Shown: positions 50,867 to 63,848 of the stretch, in pieces
Position numbering within the stretch: position 1 is the first letter of the stretch
Layout of the letters: the number at the start of each line of letters is the position of its first letter
Source of the DNA: Lama glama
Lineage: Eukaryota
Assembly: GCA_028534125.1 (NCBI GenBank)
Contig: CM052817.1
Location: 12,030,001-12,094,000 of the forward strand
Reading direction: 5' to 3'
DNA: 64,000 bases
Program-made: the position numbers and the translations under genes
Notes under the pieces: generated by a model
The model's database searches: none
Seen by the model: only the letters and a program-made list of their open reading frames with translations
Told to the model about the DNA's origin: nothing

Positions 50867-52410
50867 CCCCTTCTTCCTCTCCCATTCTCTGTATACGCCA
50901 ACCAGCTCAAGGAAACCTGGGTTGCCATAAAGTTACAATAAATTCTTTCGTATCTCTCAGGCTAGGGGCAACTCTCAAAAATTTCAACTGTAAGACAGAA
51001 TATGAGTCATAAAACCAAGCAATTCTGTCCCCAAATACTATATGAATAGGACAAGGAAAATTCACCAGGGTGGATGCTGTAGACACGCTGATAGAAGCAG
51101 GTAGAAGAGCAGAGCCCCAGGACAGGTGGTACCTTGATAAATGTTAGTTTCTGAAATGTGTGACCAGGAGTTCTGCTTCTCCATATGGCTCTAAAGCAAT
51201 CCAGGGGGAGTCCTAACACATATGCCACATGTTTTCCTTTCTTTTTTTTTTTTTTTATAGCCTAAATTCTCATGGAAGAGTCACTCAAGCTCTGAAGCTG
51301 GCTCAGCTTATTAAAGTGCTTTGCTTTCAACGTGGGCTCTTCTCTGAGAGGGACAGGAAGGAAGAAGGGGGTTGTTGAGCTGACTCTGGACTCTCATTTC
51401 CTAAGAAGCTCAGGTGTATGCTAGCCATGATGCCACTGCACAGTTTAGTTAGGGGTATATCCTGTTTGCTCTGGTTCATTTGACTCTAGGTCCTCTTTCT
51501 AAACCTCTCCTAATCCTTACTATCATTTAACTCAGGAGCAAATTCACACCTCTTGGAGTGTTTTTGCTTTTGGTTTTTTCTCCTTTGATCCAGGCAGGTC
51601 CTTAAGGTAGCCCTGACATTCCCGTTAGAGAACAATTGTAATCTTTGAAAGTATACTGAGCTCATGGTTGCCAAAGAATTCAAGAAAACAGCGCACAACT
51701 GTTTCGATTCCATTGTCTGTTTCAGGAATAATAGCCTCCAGATGGAGAAGATAAAATATAGCCTGTGGGTCATTTATGTGATAGTTTTACTCTTTCTCCC
51801 TCCAGATTCTCACCTCTAATTTGAATCCTGTCTCTATCATCCTTGGGAAGTAACCTCCTGGTTACTACCTTCTGAATATTTCCAAATTATAAATTTTATT
51901 ACATCTTATGCAACTATGTATATTTTTATGTTAATTCAATTTTTAATGATTAGAAGTTTTATTATTTTTAATTGGCAAAATATATTAAAGTTTATAGGTT
52001 TAAAAACATTTAAAATTTCCCAAATAGAATAAGTTTTAAATTCTTAGTGTATGTATCTATAAAAAATGTAATTATACGTGAGTTGTGCTCTGAATGGGAG
52101 AGAGAGGTATTTTGAGTGCCACACAGCAAGATTTTCAGTTCTCATATTGTAATGCAGCATAAAACTATTGAAGCCTTAAGTTGGAGTTTATATCGTATTG
52201 TTGTGTATTAGGTTTACCATGAAAGGAACATTATGTAATCTGTCCATCACTTCAGTGTCATTCTCAATCTGGCGACTTTTCATCAGAGTCCTGGTGTCTT
52301 GGCACACTCTGCTCTGTTCCAGTCACTGATTTAACACTGAACAGGCTACCTTGGTGAATCTTCCCAGGTTGAAAATCTGATTTTCACAAATGAAATATAT
52401 GTAAATAGAA

Positions 52411-52454
52411 TGTGTGTGTGTGTGTGTGTGTGTTTGTGTGTGTGTGTGAGTGTG
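52411..52454 (+). repeat. (TG)n microsatellite, imperfect
   Basis: Direct reading. Confidence 0.95.
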
Positions 52455-53925
52455 ATTGCAAAGTGCAGTCTATCCCGGGAATGTGATGTTTGTTCAGCGT
52501 CTGAAAATTAATGAGTATAATTTATCACATTAATAATATATGGAAGAAAAATCATTTGATCCTCTCAGAAGATGTAAAATATGACTTTTAACAAAATCTA
52601 ACATCCATTCCTAATAAAAACTCTCAACAAACGAGGGACTGAAGAAAACTTCTTCAACATGAAAATGGGCATCAACACAAAAAGATCGCTAGTTTCTTAA
52701 TGGTGGAAAATTGAATGCTTGCGCACCAAGATAGAGTACAAGGCAGGGGTGTCCCGTCTTGCCAGACCTGTGAACATCATACCCTAGGTTCTAGTCAGAG
52801 CACTGAGAGAAAAAAGAAAGAAATCCATACCAACAGTTATGAAAGAAGTAAAATTATCTCCATTTTAGACAACGTAATTATCTACTTAGAAAATACCAAG
52901 AAACGTAAAAAATGCTACTAGAACTAGTAAGTTTAGCAGAGTTTCAGGTTACAAAGTCAATACACAGAAAATAACCACACATATTAAAAATTGACTATTT
53001 TGAAATTTTAAAAAGTATTGTTAATAATAGCACCAAAATCATGAAACAATGCAGTGCACATATAAAATCTGTGCAGATTTTGTACACTGACCATTGTAAA
53101 ACACTGATGAGTAAAATATTTGAGTGAATAGATATATGCCTTATTCATGGATTGGAAGGTTTAATGTTTAGAAGAGGTCGATTATCTCTGAACTGATCTT
53201 TAGTTTCAACTCAACCTAAATTAAAATTTTAGCAGAAAATCTTTGTAAAATTTGACAATCTTATCTTAAGGTTTATATGGGAAGGAAATGGAATTAGAAT
53301 AGCCAAACATTTTTGAAAAATTCATGGACTACTACTTGCCCTATTTTAAGACATCACATAAATTTAGTATTCAAAGGAGTGTGGTATTAGTGAAGTTACA
53401 GATACATAAGGAGCAGACTAGATTCCAGAAGTAGACTCAAGGTACAGGATCGAGGAAGTTTTGCCCAAGGAGTAAAGGCAATTCAATATTGATTTGGCCA
53501 TCTTTCCAACAAATGTTGCCAGAACAATTGGACATCCATGTGCAAAATAAATAAAATAAAATAAATAAATAAATAAACAAACAACCCAAAATAAAACAAA
53601 ATAAATACAAATATTGGTTCTTGAACTCAAAATGGGTCATATACCTAAAAATAAGACCTAAAAGTGTAAAATGTTCAGGAAATAGCACAGGTGGAAGTAT
53701 CTGTGACCTTGGCTAGGGAAGGTTTTCTTTGATTAGACCACAAGAACACAATCTATTAAAGAATATTATACACAGGACTTCATCGACATTAAGAATTTCA
53801 AAACTGCTGCTCTTTGAATGATACTATCAAAAAATATAAGCCATAGACTGAAAGAAAATATTTTATATTACATATTTGATAAGATATTTGTACCCAGAAC
53901 CCAATGGTAAGAAAACAAACAATAA
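52455..53925 (+). mobile_element. Old LINE-1 (L1M) ORF2 region, degenerate
   Basis: acaaaatctaacatccattcctaataaaaactctcaacaaac…tctacttagaaaatacc…attcatggattggaag…agaatagccaaa. Confidence 0.85.
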
Positions 53926-53982
53926 CTGAAATATGTTTTTGAAGTGTTAGTACCTACCTAGGAAACAAAAGGCTAAAAAGAG

Positions 53983-53984
<2 letters not shown>

Positions 53985-54022
<38 letters not shown>
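53985..54022 (+). repeat. (GT)19 microsatellite
   Basis: Direct reading. Confidence 0.97.
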
Positions 54023-54024
<2 letters not shown>

Positions 54025-54029
54025 GGTCA

Positions 54030-54800
54030 GAAGGAGAGAATAGTTGATGAGTTTGATTTTTGAAATACTGGGTTTGAAGAGGTAAGATATCAAATGGAAA
54101 TTTTCATTAAGCAGCTGTATATTTGGATCTGAGGTTCAGAGGAGCAGTGTAACCCTGAAGGAGATTTGTGAACTATAAGAACACAAGTGATAGTTGTAAG
54201 TAGGGAAATAAAAGAAATCAAATAAGTTAAATATATAAATTACACAGAGAAGTCATAACTCTAGGAAATACAAATATTTTATGTCCAGAATGAGGGATAG
54301 AGTTCAAGATGGAAAGAAACTTACAGGGAGAGACTAGATGATTCTGACAATAAAAATGGTTAAGTTCAATTAATATTAATTGAATGTTTATTATATAATA
54401 GACACCATGCTGGGTTATAAATATATATTAAAGTATTATCTTATTTTATATATGGGGAAATGAAGGCTTAGGGATAATAAATGATGTTCCAAAGCACGTG
54501 TTTGTAAGTGGTGGATCTGGGTTTGAAGTCAGGAAGTCTGACTGCAGAGCCTGAATTCCTATAAAGTAAATTCAATTTAGAGAGTTGTCACAAAAGTCAT
54601 GGGAAAAGAGGAATGCCAGAAGGGAGAGTTTAACTGTGTGAAACAAACTTTGTACATTTTGCATTGGATGTAACAATTAGGAAGAGAAGTCATGAGTGAT
54701 CTTGAAAGGAGACATTTCATGTATACGGCAGGAGGCAAAAGCAGATTTTATAGAAAGTAGAGCGGGTGGAGCCAGGACCATAGTAAAAGTGATGCCAAGA
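54030..54800 (-). mobile_element. L2 fragment containing an antisense MIR (~54370-54560)
   Basis: gatgagtttgatttt…aagcagctgtatatttggatctgaggttcagaggag; MIR motif gggtttgaagtcaggaagtctgactgcagagcc. Confidence 0.65.
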
Positions 54801-55199
54801 TCACTTTTTCAATAATCATAGCCTCTTGGGTTTCTGGAATAGTTTTAAGAAGGCAAAGACCTGACTGGATTGTAGAAATCTGGAAGATTTTTAACAATCT
54901 TTTCTTCCTTTAAGCCTGTGTATCAACCATACTGACCATTTTAAGCTTCCCAAACACACCAGATTTTCCCTTGCTTCCTTGACATTGGGCTGTGACCACT
55001 TCATTTTATATTTGCCACATGAAAGCTAATAAGGGAAGCGAAATTATTATTTTAAATAGGTAGGACTATTTATTTAACAGCAACACGTGCTCCCTCCCAT
55101 CCCCTACTGTCCATTCAAGCCCAATTTATGAGACTGGTTCTTCCTGTCCACCTCAATCAGCTGTTCAGTCTTAGATAACGAAAATGTCATTGTAACGCC

Positions 55200-56230
55200 A
55201 ATCCACAAAGAAGTCTCAATTCAATCCTAATTTTTTCCATTACAGTGTAATAGTAAAAATCTTAAAACTTTGTTGGAAGGCCAGTTTTCCCATCCTGTAG
55301 CTTAGCTAGGACCTGGGTCAAGCTGATTCTATGCAGGAGTGAGGCTTCAGAGATTGCTTACATTTTCCCACTACCAGCACTTCTGCTTTTCTTCCCTCAT
55401 CTTGCTCATAGATTTCTGACCAGTAGAATTGGGAAACTTTCAGCAGTAGAGGAAAGAGAGATACATGAAGCAAAATTTTTTTTCATTAGAAAAATATGAG
55501 TTAGCTGGATTTGGTGGTCTCTGGGTCTAGGAGGTGTTTGCAGTTGACTCATTCATTCTCTGATAAGTTTCCTGCATTCTTGTGAGACCTGTTTTTCATC
55601 ACTGGGAACTCTCTAATTGGACAAGTGTGTTAATGTTATTGCCTGGTCAATTATGACTTCATCCTAAGCTTGTAGGTGACAAAAGTACAATTCTAGTTTC
55701 CAAGGTTTCCAAGACGCCTTGCCTCTCCACACATGGGAGAATGAGAACCTCTCATTTCATTTCGCTCTCTCACGCGTAGTCTACTCATAGTTCATGGGAA
55801 CAAGCCACGTGGGGCCCATCTACATAGGTGATGCAATTACTCCCCAAACTGCACTTGCTATGGTGCCGTTTCCACTGGTCTCTGTAGTCAATCTATCCCT
55901 TTTTAGATTTTTCAAGGCAAAGAAACAGAAGTGAGTCCACCTTGCTTCTCGAGTCTCCAGGACATATAATAAACACTTTGAGTGCTCATTCGAAGCCTTT
56001 TCTCAAGGTTTGAGGTGAGGCATGGGAATGCCATCCCTGACCTTCTGGGGCTAGTGGCACTCATAGAACCCAATGGATTTCTCTAAAATTCCTCCTTAAC
56101 CTCTGACTCCTCAACATTTTACACTTTATATGTGGGAGAGGTGTTGAAAACTGTGAATTAGTTTTGTTACAAAATCCTGGCTATTCTTGAACCTTAATCT
56201 GGAATGTGGCTGAGTTAGAATCAGCTAAAC
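55200..56230. mobile_element. Possible ancient LTR (LTR78-like)
   Basis: About 1 kb with motif order shared with 24760-25300; family recalled, not verified. Confidence 0.4.
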
Positions 56231-58814
56231 TGATTCTAAAAGGATTCATTTAAATGTATTATTACTCAAAACTGAGAGAATGTTTGTTCTCATCTGCATG
56301 AAAGTCCCCTCTAAAAAAAAAGCATGCTGGAGAGTTCAGGGTGCTGACCCATCCTTGGAGGTGCTGGGGTTGTATCTCTGAATAAATAAATTCAGTCGAA
56401 CATTATTTAAAATAACAACACAATGAATTAACACAACTTCCTTGTGCAACATAGTGATCAATTAAGGAAAGACACAGGTGCCTTAGAGAAAAATTTAATC
56501 TAAGTGCAAATCTTTTATTCATAAGTCTCAAATTAAATCTGCTTGACTTTTGAAAGCTCCATTTAAACATTAATAAATGTTTTTGTATCAAAGGGAAAAA
56601 TACCACAATTCTTTTGTAAACTAAAATGCATATGATTTTACATATTCCCAAATGAAAAACCTGAGCCAAACACAGTGTATAAATGAGGAAAAAGAGTTAA
56701 AATGAGTTTATCATAAGTTCCAGTGTAAGTTTTGTTCACAATTGCATCCTGTGCTTATGAACAGTAATATTGTCACACGTTTATGTTTGTCAAACATAAA
56801 GAGCATTCTTGACTAAAGAATTCAATTTACTGAGGAATTAAATTATTTTATTATTGTTACTGCTGAACAGCTCTCTGTAAAATCCCCTGCCATTAAGGCA
56901 AAGTTAGCTTGGGGAAAAAATGAAAGATCACCCACTCTTATGAACAATAAATGCTCATAGAGCTAACTTGAGGATGGTCCAAAGAGACTCAGCAAAGGCC
57001 AGTACATTCTCAGATATTCACAAAGGCTGAAGCATTATGCCTTATGGAATGATAAAATAGAACCAGGCTCTTTGGCTTGTGGTGCTTGGAACATCTGATT
57101 CTATTCTGTGAGGACAAAGGGTCCTAGTTAAGACCATAGTCAAAATATATGCAAAAGTATTCTGTGAAGACTTCTCATTGACAAATAAACACAGAACACT
57201 TAAGAAAAAAGAATAAAATTTCCAAAGACAGCTTCAGTTTGGGAACCACTATAAATGCTGGTTCTCACTTTGGATTGTTTTAGAGATGTGCAGATTAATA
57301 TCTTGGACTCCTGGTGAATCAACAGTATTCTCTGAAGTTAAAATCACATTCATATCATGAGATGAAAGCAGAAAATAAAGTGAGATAAAATAAATTCTCT
57401 AATGATTTGTAGGATCTTTCTTTCTTCCCATTATCACAAGGGAAATGGTAATGATGTAAGGGTATTTATAATAGACTTGATTGTGAAAGAACTGGATGGT
57501 GGTTAAAAGTGTGCGTTTTTGGAGTCCAAGCACCAGTATTCTAAATCTGAATTTACAGTTAGTGCATTTGGTTACAGGCTCAAAAAGGGGGAGGATGGTG
57601 CAAGCTCATTCCTGCCGGGGGAATGCTTCCACAGAAACCCAAACATGAGGGAGCAGATGCTGCTGCTGGAATCCTAGCTTTGTTTCCTGACACACTTCCC
57701 CTTGTTGCATCCATTGTGTCAGGTTACGCATCCTAAAATAGTACTTTGATCATCTCATGGTCAGTTCAGGAATCTACAGTATTTCACTGTTGCTCCCCCA
57801 TCTCCCCTCCCAACAAATAAAGTTATTTCATAAACTCAAGTTTAAAGTCCTTAAAATCATACTTACATCTACTTTTCAAGCTCTTTTAACATTTTACAGT
57901 CTACATAAGCTTCCCTGTCTATAAAACTAGGTATTTTACTTTCCTGCAGAGACTCTTAAACATTATTCCTTTCGCTACTCTCCTCTCCCCCTGCTATTCA
58001 TGCTTGTCTTGATTTGGAAACGTGTGTGTCCCCTTCCCCTAAGTACCACCTTGCATCCTGAAATCGCACCTCCTCTAGAAAGCTGTCTACAAAGTTTCGT
58101 AATGAAATGAGCTCTTTAAAAAAAAAAAAAGTTGGCAGTGTATCCTAGATACCTTTTGATGTATTTGCATATCTACCTCTAGCACAGTGGAAGTGCTAGA
58201 CTTAGGATGGCAAGCAGAAAACAAATTCTTTGTCACTTACTTTGCTCCATCATCCCTCCCCTTTCCAGTCCAATATCAGAGCTAATCCTATAGATTTTCT
58301 GGCCATTTTCATACAAAACAAAGTCTCATTTCTAGATCATTTAAAAAGTCCATTCGAGCCTAAATTGAGACTTCAATCTCTGATCTGTTGAGTCCTCTTA
58401 GCTCCTGCTGTCCTACCTGGGGCCCCAAAGCTGGTACACAGCCCTTTTTTGGTTGTATTATTTTAAGAGGATCTAGCTCAGCAATATTTGCCCTTTGGTA
58501 AAACTTGTAGGCTGCCTTTGCCCACTTTGCAATGCAATTCCAAGCAGCTCCAGCCGAGTTTTAGCTTTAAACTGTCTGAAGAGAATGTTCAACACTAAAT
58601 CCTTTTGCCTTACCAAGGATGCTAGCTAAAGAAACGTTCAATATACTCTGCCCCAGTAACAGAACAGGACGGTTCTTTGAAATTCTATAGCTCAGCAAAT
58701 AAAAGCCCGATGTCAGTATCTCTTCTGATAAGAACAAACATCTCTATGAGGAGTAGCCTTCTCGTTTTCTGTATTTAAGATGGGTTGGGGAAACATAATA
58801 AGTAGTATTGGGGA

Positions 58815-59096
58815 GAAAAACCAATATGGTACCCACTTCCCAGCTCCTCCCTTGGGGCAGAAAGCAGAGAGGTATCAAGCAATATAATACAGAACAAAGG
58901 AAAAGAGAACTCCCACACGATCTTCTCATTGATGCAGTAAAAGCACTTGACAGAAGTCAGTACCCTTGATAGAAACACTCAACAAACCAGGAATAGAGAA
59001 GAAAACTACCTCAGCAGAATAAAGACTGTACTTGAAAACCATAGCTAACATCATGCTCTATGGTTAAAGACTGAAAGCTCTTTTTCTGCAAATGCC
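58815..59096 (+). mobile_element. Old L1 (L1MB-like) ORF2 fragment
   Basis: atcttctcattgatgcagtaaaagcacttgaca…acactcaacaaaccaggaataga…catagctaacatcat…gactgaaagct. Confidence 0.8.
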
Positions 59097-60000
59097 TACT
59101 AAAATGAATCCCTGGATCCTATTCCAACATGTGTGTGTGGAAGCTTCCTTTTACCAAAAGAAATTCTGGTTGGCCAGCAGGGTGGTCAAAAATTCAACTC
59201 CATTCTGATACTATCTACCCAGAGATAGAATCAGATTCCACAGATAAAGGTCTCAGTTGCAAAAAACCATTCTCCACTTTAGATGCCAGTCACAAGTCCA
59301 GGTTCTTGCCTATACTTCTGACCAACTGGCTGTAAATCAGAGAGTCCCACATCCCCCTCCTTGGCTTTGATTAATTTGCTAGAATGTCTTACAGAACTCA
59401 GGAAAACTCATTTACTTACTAGATTACCAATTTATTATAGAAGGATATTAAAGGATATAGATCAACAAGCAGATGAAGAGATACACAGGAAGAGGTTCCA
59501 AATAAAAGGGCTTTTGTCCTCATGGAGCTTGGGGCCTGGCACCCTGACGCTTGGGAGCATTCTGTTTCCCCAATAGAAGACTCTCTGAAAAGGGGACAAA
59601 AGGCTATCCTTTTGGGTGTTTAGGGAGGCTTCATTACATAATTATGACTGACTAAATCATTGGCCAGTGGTGATTGATTCAACCTTCTCTCTCCTCCCTA
59701 GAAATCAGATGATAGGGCTGAAAGTTCCAACCCTCTAATCACATGAATGGTTTTCCTGGCAAACAGTCCTCACCTTTGGATGGGATCCCAAAGTCACTTT
59801 CCCTGAAGCATTTTCAGGAACTGAGGCCTAGAGAACAAATATCCTATTGCTCTTATCCGTTAGGAATTCCATATGTTTGGGGAGCTGTGAGCCAGGAACT
59901 GTGAATGGAGATCAAATTCTCAGGGTACTAAATAAGAAGTATTTCTTTGGTTGTCTGAATGATCAAATATATATATTTTCCTACAAATCATAAGATACCA
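59097..60000 (-). mobile_element. ERVL LTR (MER21-like) inserted in L1
   Basis: aattcaactccattctgatactatctacc…tcagattccacag…gatgccagtcacaagtccagg…tgattaatttgctaga…cagaactcaggaaaac…gggctgaaagttccaaccctctaatcac. Confidence 0.88.
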
Positions 60001-60069
60001 GCTTTTACCACCTCCCTTCCGTGGTACTGGATGTCCTAGTCAGAGCAATTAGATAAGACAAAGAAAGAA

Positions 60070-60400
60070 AAATACCGTATGATATCACTTATATGTGGAG
60101 TCTAAAAAATAGACAAATTAACTTATTTACAAAACAGAAATAGACTCACAGACATAGAAAACAAACTTATGGTTACCAAAGGGGACAGGAGTGGGAAGGG
60201 AAATTTGGGAGTTCGAAATTTGCAGATACTAACTAATAGGGTTCATACTGTACAGCACAGGGAACTATATTCAGTATCTTGTAGTAACTGATGGTGAAAA
60301 AGAATATGAAAATGAATATGTGTATGTTCATGTATGACTGAAACATTATGCTGTACACCAGAAATTAACATAACATTGTAAATTGTACTTCAATAAAAAC

Positions 60401-60433
<33 letters not shown>

Positions 60434-60435
60434 CA
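60070..60435 (+). mobile_element. Young LINE-1 3' end with (TA)(CA)n tail
   Basis: ataccgtatgatatcacttatatgtgg…agactcacagacatagaaaacaaacttatggttaccaaagg…tgctgtacaccagaaatt…AATAAA. Confidence 0.9.
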
Positions 60436-60444
60436 CATAAACAA

Positions 60445-60505
60445 GAAATGGCTAAGATGGTAAATTTTAGGTTATATTTATCTTATTACAATTAAAATTA
60501 AAAAT
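60445..60505 (+). mobile_element. L1MB-type 3' terminus
   Basis: aaatggctaagatggtaaattttaggttatattt…acaattaaaa. Confidence 0.65.
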
Positions 60506-61552
60506 TTTCCAGCAGTGTGCACACTTCCCACCACTGTCCATCACCAATGGATTTTAGAAAAGTTTGAGCTTTTGTATAGCTACTCTGAAAGCCATCAATG
60601 TGACCTACATGAAAATATATTGTGTTGAAATATATTTACAATAACTGAGCCTTTTAAATTCTGGTAGCTTTTGAAAAATTAAATATGTTGGAATATACCT
60701 TAATAAAATGTTTAATGAATGGAATCCATGAAGCTTAATATTTTGACAGCTTTATTGAATTGTAATTGTATTTATTGAAAACAAAATGAGAAGTCATTGA
60801 CACTAATCACAACAAAATCAAAGCAGGAGTTTAAAAAATTAAAGACCAAGTGCTCAAACAACTGAGATATAACTTTGATTTTCTCTAATTTGTGCTTTGG
60901 AACATCTTGACTTGGTGAAAAAAAATCATCAGAGATGTTATTGTTATTTGGTTAAATTCATATCTAATAACATAATGAAATGAAATTGATGTGGCCTAAA
61001 TTTACAGCATCTAACTTTGAAACATTAAGAAATATGAATAGAGATATTATTTGATGAGCTTTAGTGTGTCAAAATATTTGTTGAAGAAATATAGTGTAAA
61101 TGAAGAGAAAAAATAGCTGTGAGAATATTTGAGTTCTGATTTATATAGGTTAACATAGAAAAATAGAATTGAGTATATTCTTCATTTAGCACAATTTTCT
61201 CTGAGTTTACCAGTTATCTCAGCACCTACAAAAAGGATAGTCTGTAAAGTGTGAATATTATGGTTTATGTGTAAGCTTGAAATATGTCAACAATTTCAAC
61301 CTATGAGCCTTAAATTGTAACTGAGATAAATGACAGGCACATCCTCTCCAATGAGTAACATTATTGAACTTTAATTTTTAATATTCTCAGGGTGTTAAAT
61401 GGTATCTCAAGATGAAAGAATGCTCTCCTTGGGTAACAAGGGCTGGTGATGTTCCACCTACCACAGGTGGGACCCTCACTGCCAGGTGGACAGCAAGCCG
61501 TCTGTTTCCAAAACCCCTCATAGACCAGCTTTCTCAGAGCGTTCTCAACCAC

Positions 61553-61920
61553 TGTGGTAGCTTGGCACCCCTAGGTGTAGATACTGAGAGGGAGTTTAGC
61601 CTGCAGGTTATTTATTAAGAATCAGCTCCCTTGGAAGAGAAGGAAAGAAAGCAAGATTGGGTAGAAGACGTTGAATCATGTTAAAAGCCTGGCAAAGCCT
61701 CTTTCAACTCCACAGGAACCTCTGAAACAAAGTCCATCATAGTTGTACAAAGTTGGCCAAAATTGTTAGGCTTTTTTACCCAAGTATTATTCAGTCAATA
61801 GATGTGGACAACCCTAGGGCATGTGTGCCCCAGATCTCTGCAGCTTCAGCAAACCTGAAGAGACTCACGGCTGGAACAGTTGAAGGAGGATCTAGGTGGA
61901 CTAGCTGTGTTTCTGCCACA
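61553..61920 (-). mobile_element. ERVL LTR (LTR16C-like)
   Basis: agatactgagagggagtttagcctgcaggttatttatt…gcaagattgggtaga…ggaggatctaggtgg…ctgccaca. Confidence 0.7.
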
Positions 61921-63518
61921 AGATCTAGACTGCAACGTTCTCCTCTTTGTCTTCAGTGTTTCAGGTTTTTATATTTTGCTCTGTGCTTTTTGGTATTTCA
62001 CTTATTTGCTCTTCTAGGTCAAAAATAAAGCTCTCAACAAGAATCTACAGAATTGCTTTATAGGAAAATCATGTTTTTTTTTCTAACTCTATAATGTATC
62101 TTGGGAGATACCTTTATTGTAGGTGCTCTTATATTTTTACTCAGGTTTTCATCCAATGTCTCAGCTGTCCTCTTTCATTGGGTCAGTGTTGTGGTCACTC
62201 CACATGGTCTTCTACTTCCTGAGTGCTTACTCTCTTTGAAGAACTGGTGATTTTTCTTTTTTAGATTATGGGGCATCTGGCTGGTTACCGCTATATCCTA
62301 GAATGTGCTGAGGAAGAGGATCTCTTCCCCTGCGGGGCAGGAGGCAGTGTGCAAGAAGAGGCATTGCCTCCCCTGACCAGGAACTTGAAAGATGCTCTCT
62401 CCATTATCTTGGTTCCCTGGACTTTTAGAGCCACGACTCTGTCTATTCACTTTTATTGCAGTTTCTGTCCTATCCATTGTCTCAAGCTGTTTGATGAACA
62501 TTACCTTTCTCTGATTAAAAAAAAAAGTACAAAATAATCATAATACTTTTTCCATCCATATTCAGTTTTCCTCCTAGTGCTAAAGCATGAGGAAGCTGTA
62601 AGGGTTCTTCTGACATTCATTTTGGCTCTCTGAGACTCAGTTTCATCTTAAAGATTTTACTTCTTGAGGTAATCATTCTTTATTCTGATTATTTCTGGTA
62701 TACCCTACACAGAACTGCCTGTATAAGGGGAAAAGTCAGACTTGATAGAAAACCACAGCATATCATTGTTAGAGGGAGAAAGTTTCTGGAATCTAACTTG
62801 AGTTTGAATCTCAAATGTGTCATTTACCAGGTTTAAATGTTGGGCAAGTGATTTAGTTAAAGCAGAACTCAATCCATTCTCCTTAAGCAGTGTTTTAAAA
62901 TTACCTTGAAATTTAGTTGTGTTACTTAAGAAATGATTTTATATACTATTATTTATACTATTATTTGATGGGGTTTAAACTTGAACTCAGGACTGTCTAA
63001 TTCTAAGGATACTTTTTTCTCCTACTACTTATATAACCTTATTTATTATAATGTAACTTCCAGCTTGTATTCTAAAAATGTTATATATCATCATCACAGA
63101 AATTTACTTTTAATATAATCGTCATATGACACAAAGTACTATTCCTTAAAAAATTTTCCCACCATTTAAAAATGTAAGCAAATGTAGATCATCAAAAGAC
63201 TGTATTACAACTGGATTGGAACTGAGGGTTGAGTGGAGATAAAAGAGAGATGATACATGTTGTGTGGGGGCGTGAGAGGGACAGAGAGATAGAGGTAAAG
63301 ACAGAGATACATGTGAGAAAGAGAGTGACGAAGGCACATACAAAGAAAAGAAAAAGGAAGAGAGAGATTTGGCCTTTGGCTTTCCACTTTATGGAATAGT
63401 AGTCCAAGCCAATTAGATCTAAAAGCAAGATAAGACAACTCTAGCTGACACTTTTGGATATGAATACAAACAAAAATAATTGATCCCTTAATTCTGTCAC
63501 TAACTAGTTAGTTTATAA

Positions 63519-63848
63519 TAAGGGTCAGCAAACTGTAAACCGTGAGCCAAATCCAGCTTGACATCTGTTTTGATAGAGCCAGCAAGTTAAGAATTTTTTC
63601 ACATTTTAAAATTGCTAAGAATATTTTTCACATTTTAAAATTGCTAAAAAATAGAAGAATATTTTGTGGCATGTAAAAATTAAATGAAATTAAAATTTTC
63701 ATGACTATATATAAACTTCTGTTGAAGCACAGGCTTACCTATTTGTTTATATGTTGTTTTTGGCTGCTTTCGTGCTTGCTACAAGGCAGAGTTAAGCAGT
63801 TGTCCTGAAAAGTGTATCGCCTGCTGGCCCAGTGTTTGGTATCTCCTG
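63519..63848 (+). mobile_element. hAT-Charlie MER58B-like
   Basis: agggtcagcaaact…gccaaatccagc…ggctgctttc…ggcagagtt…cctg; 8-bp TSD gtttataa/gtttgtag. Confidence 0.85.

Noticed and set aside
58178..58200. Hairpin containing CAGTG as an iron-responsive element
   Set aside because: Three extra bases follow the CAGTGN loop, so the canonical 5-bp upper stem with bulged C cannot form; no mRNA context.
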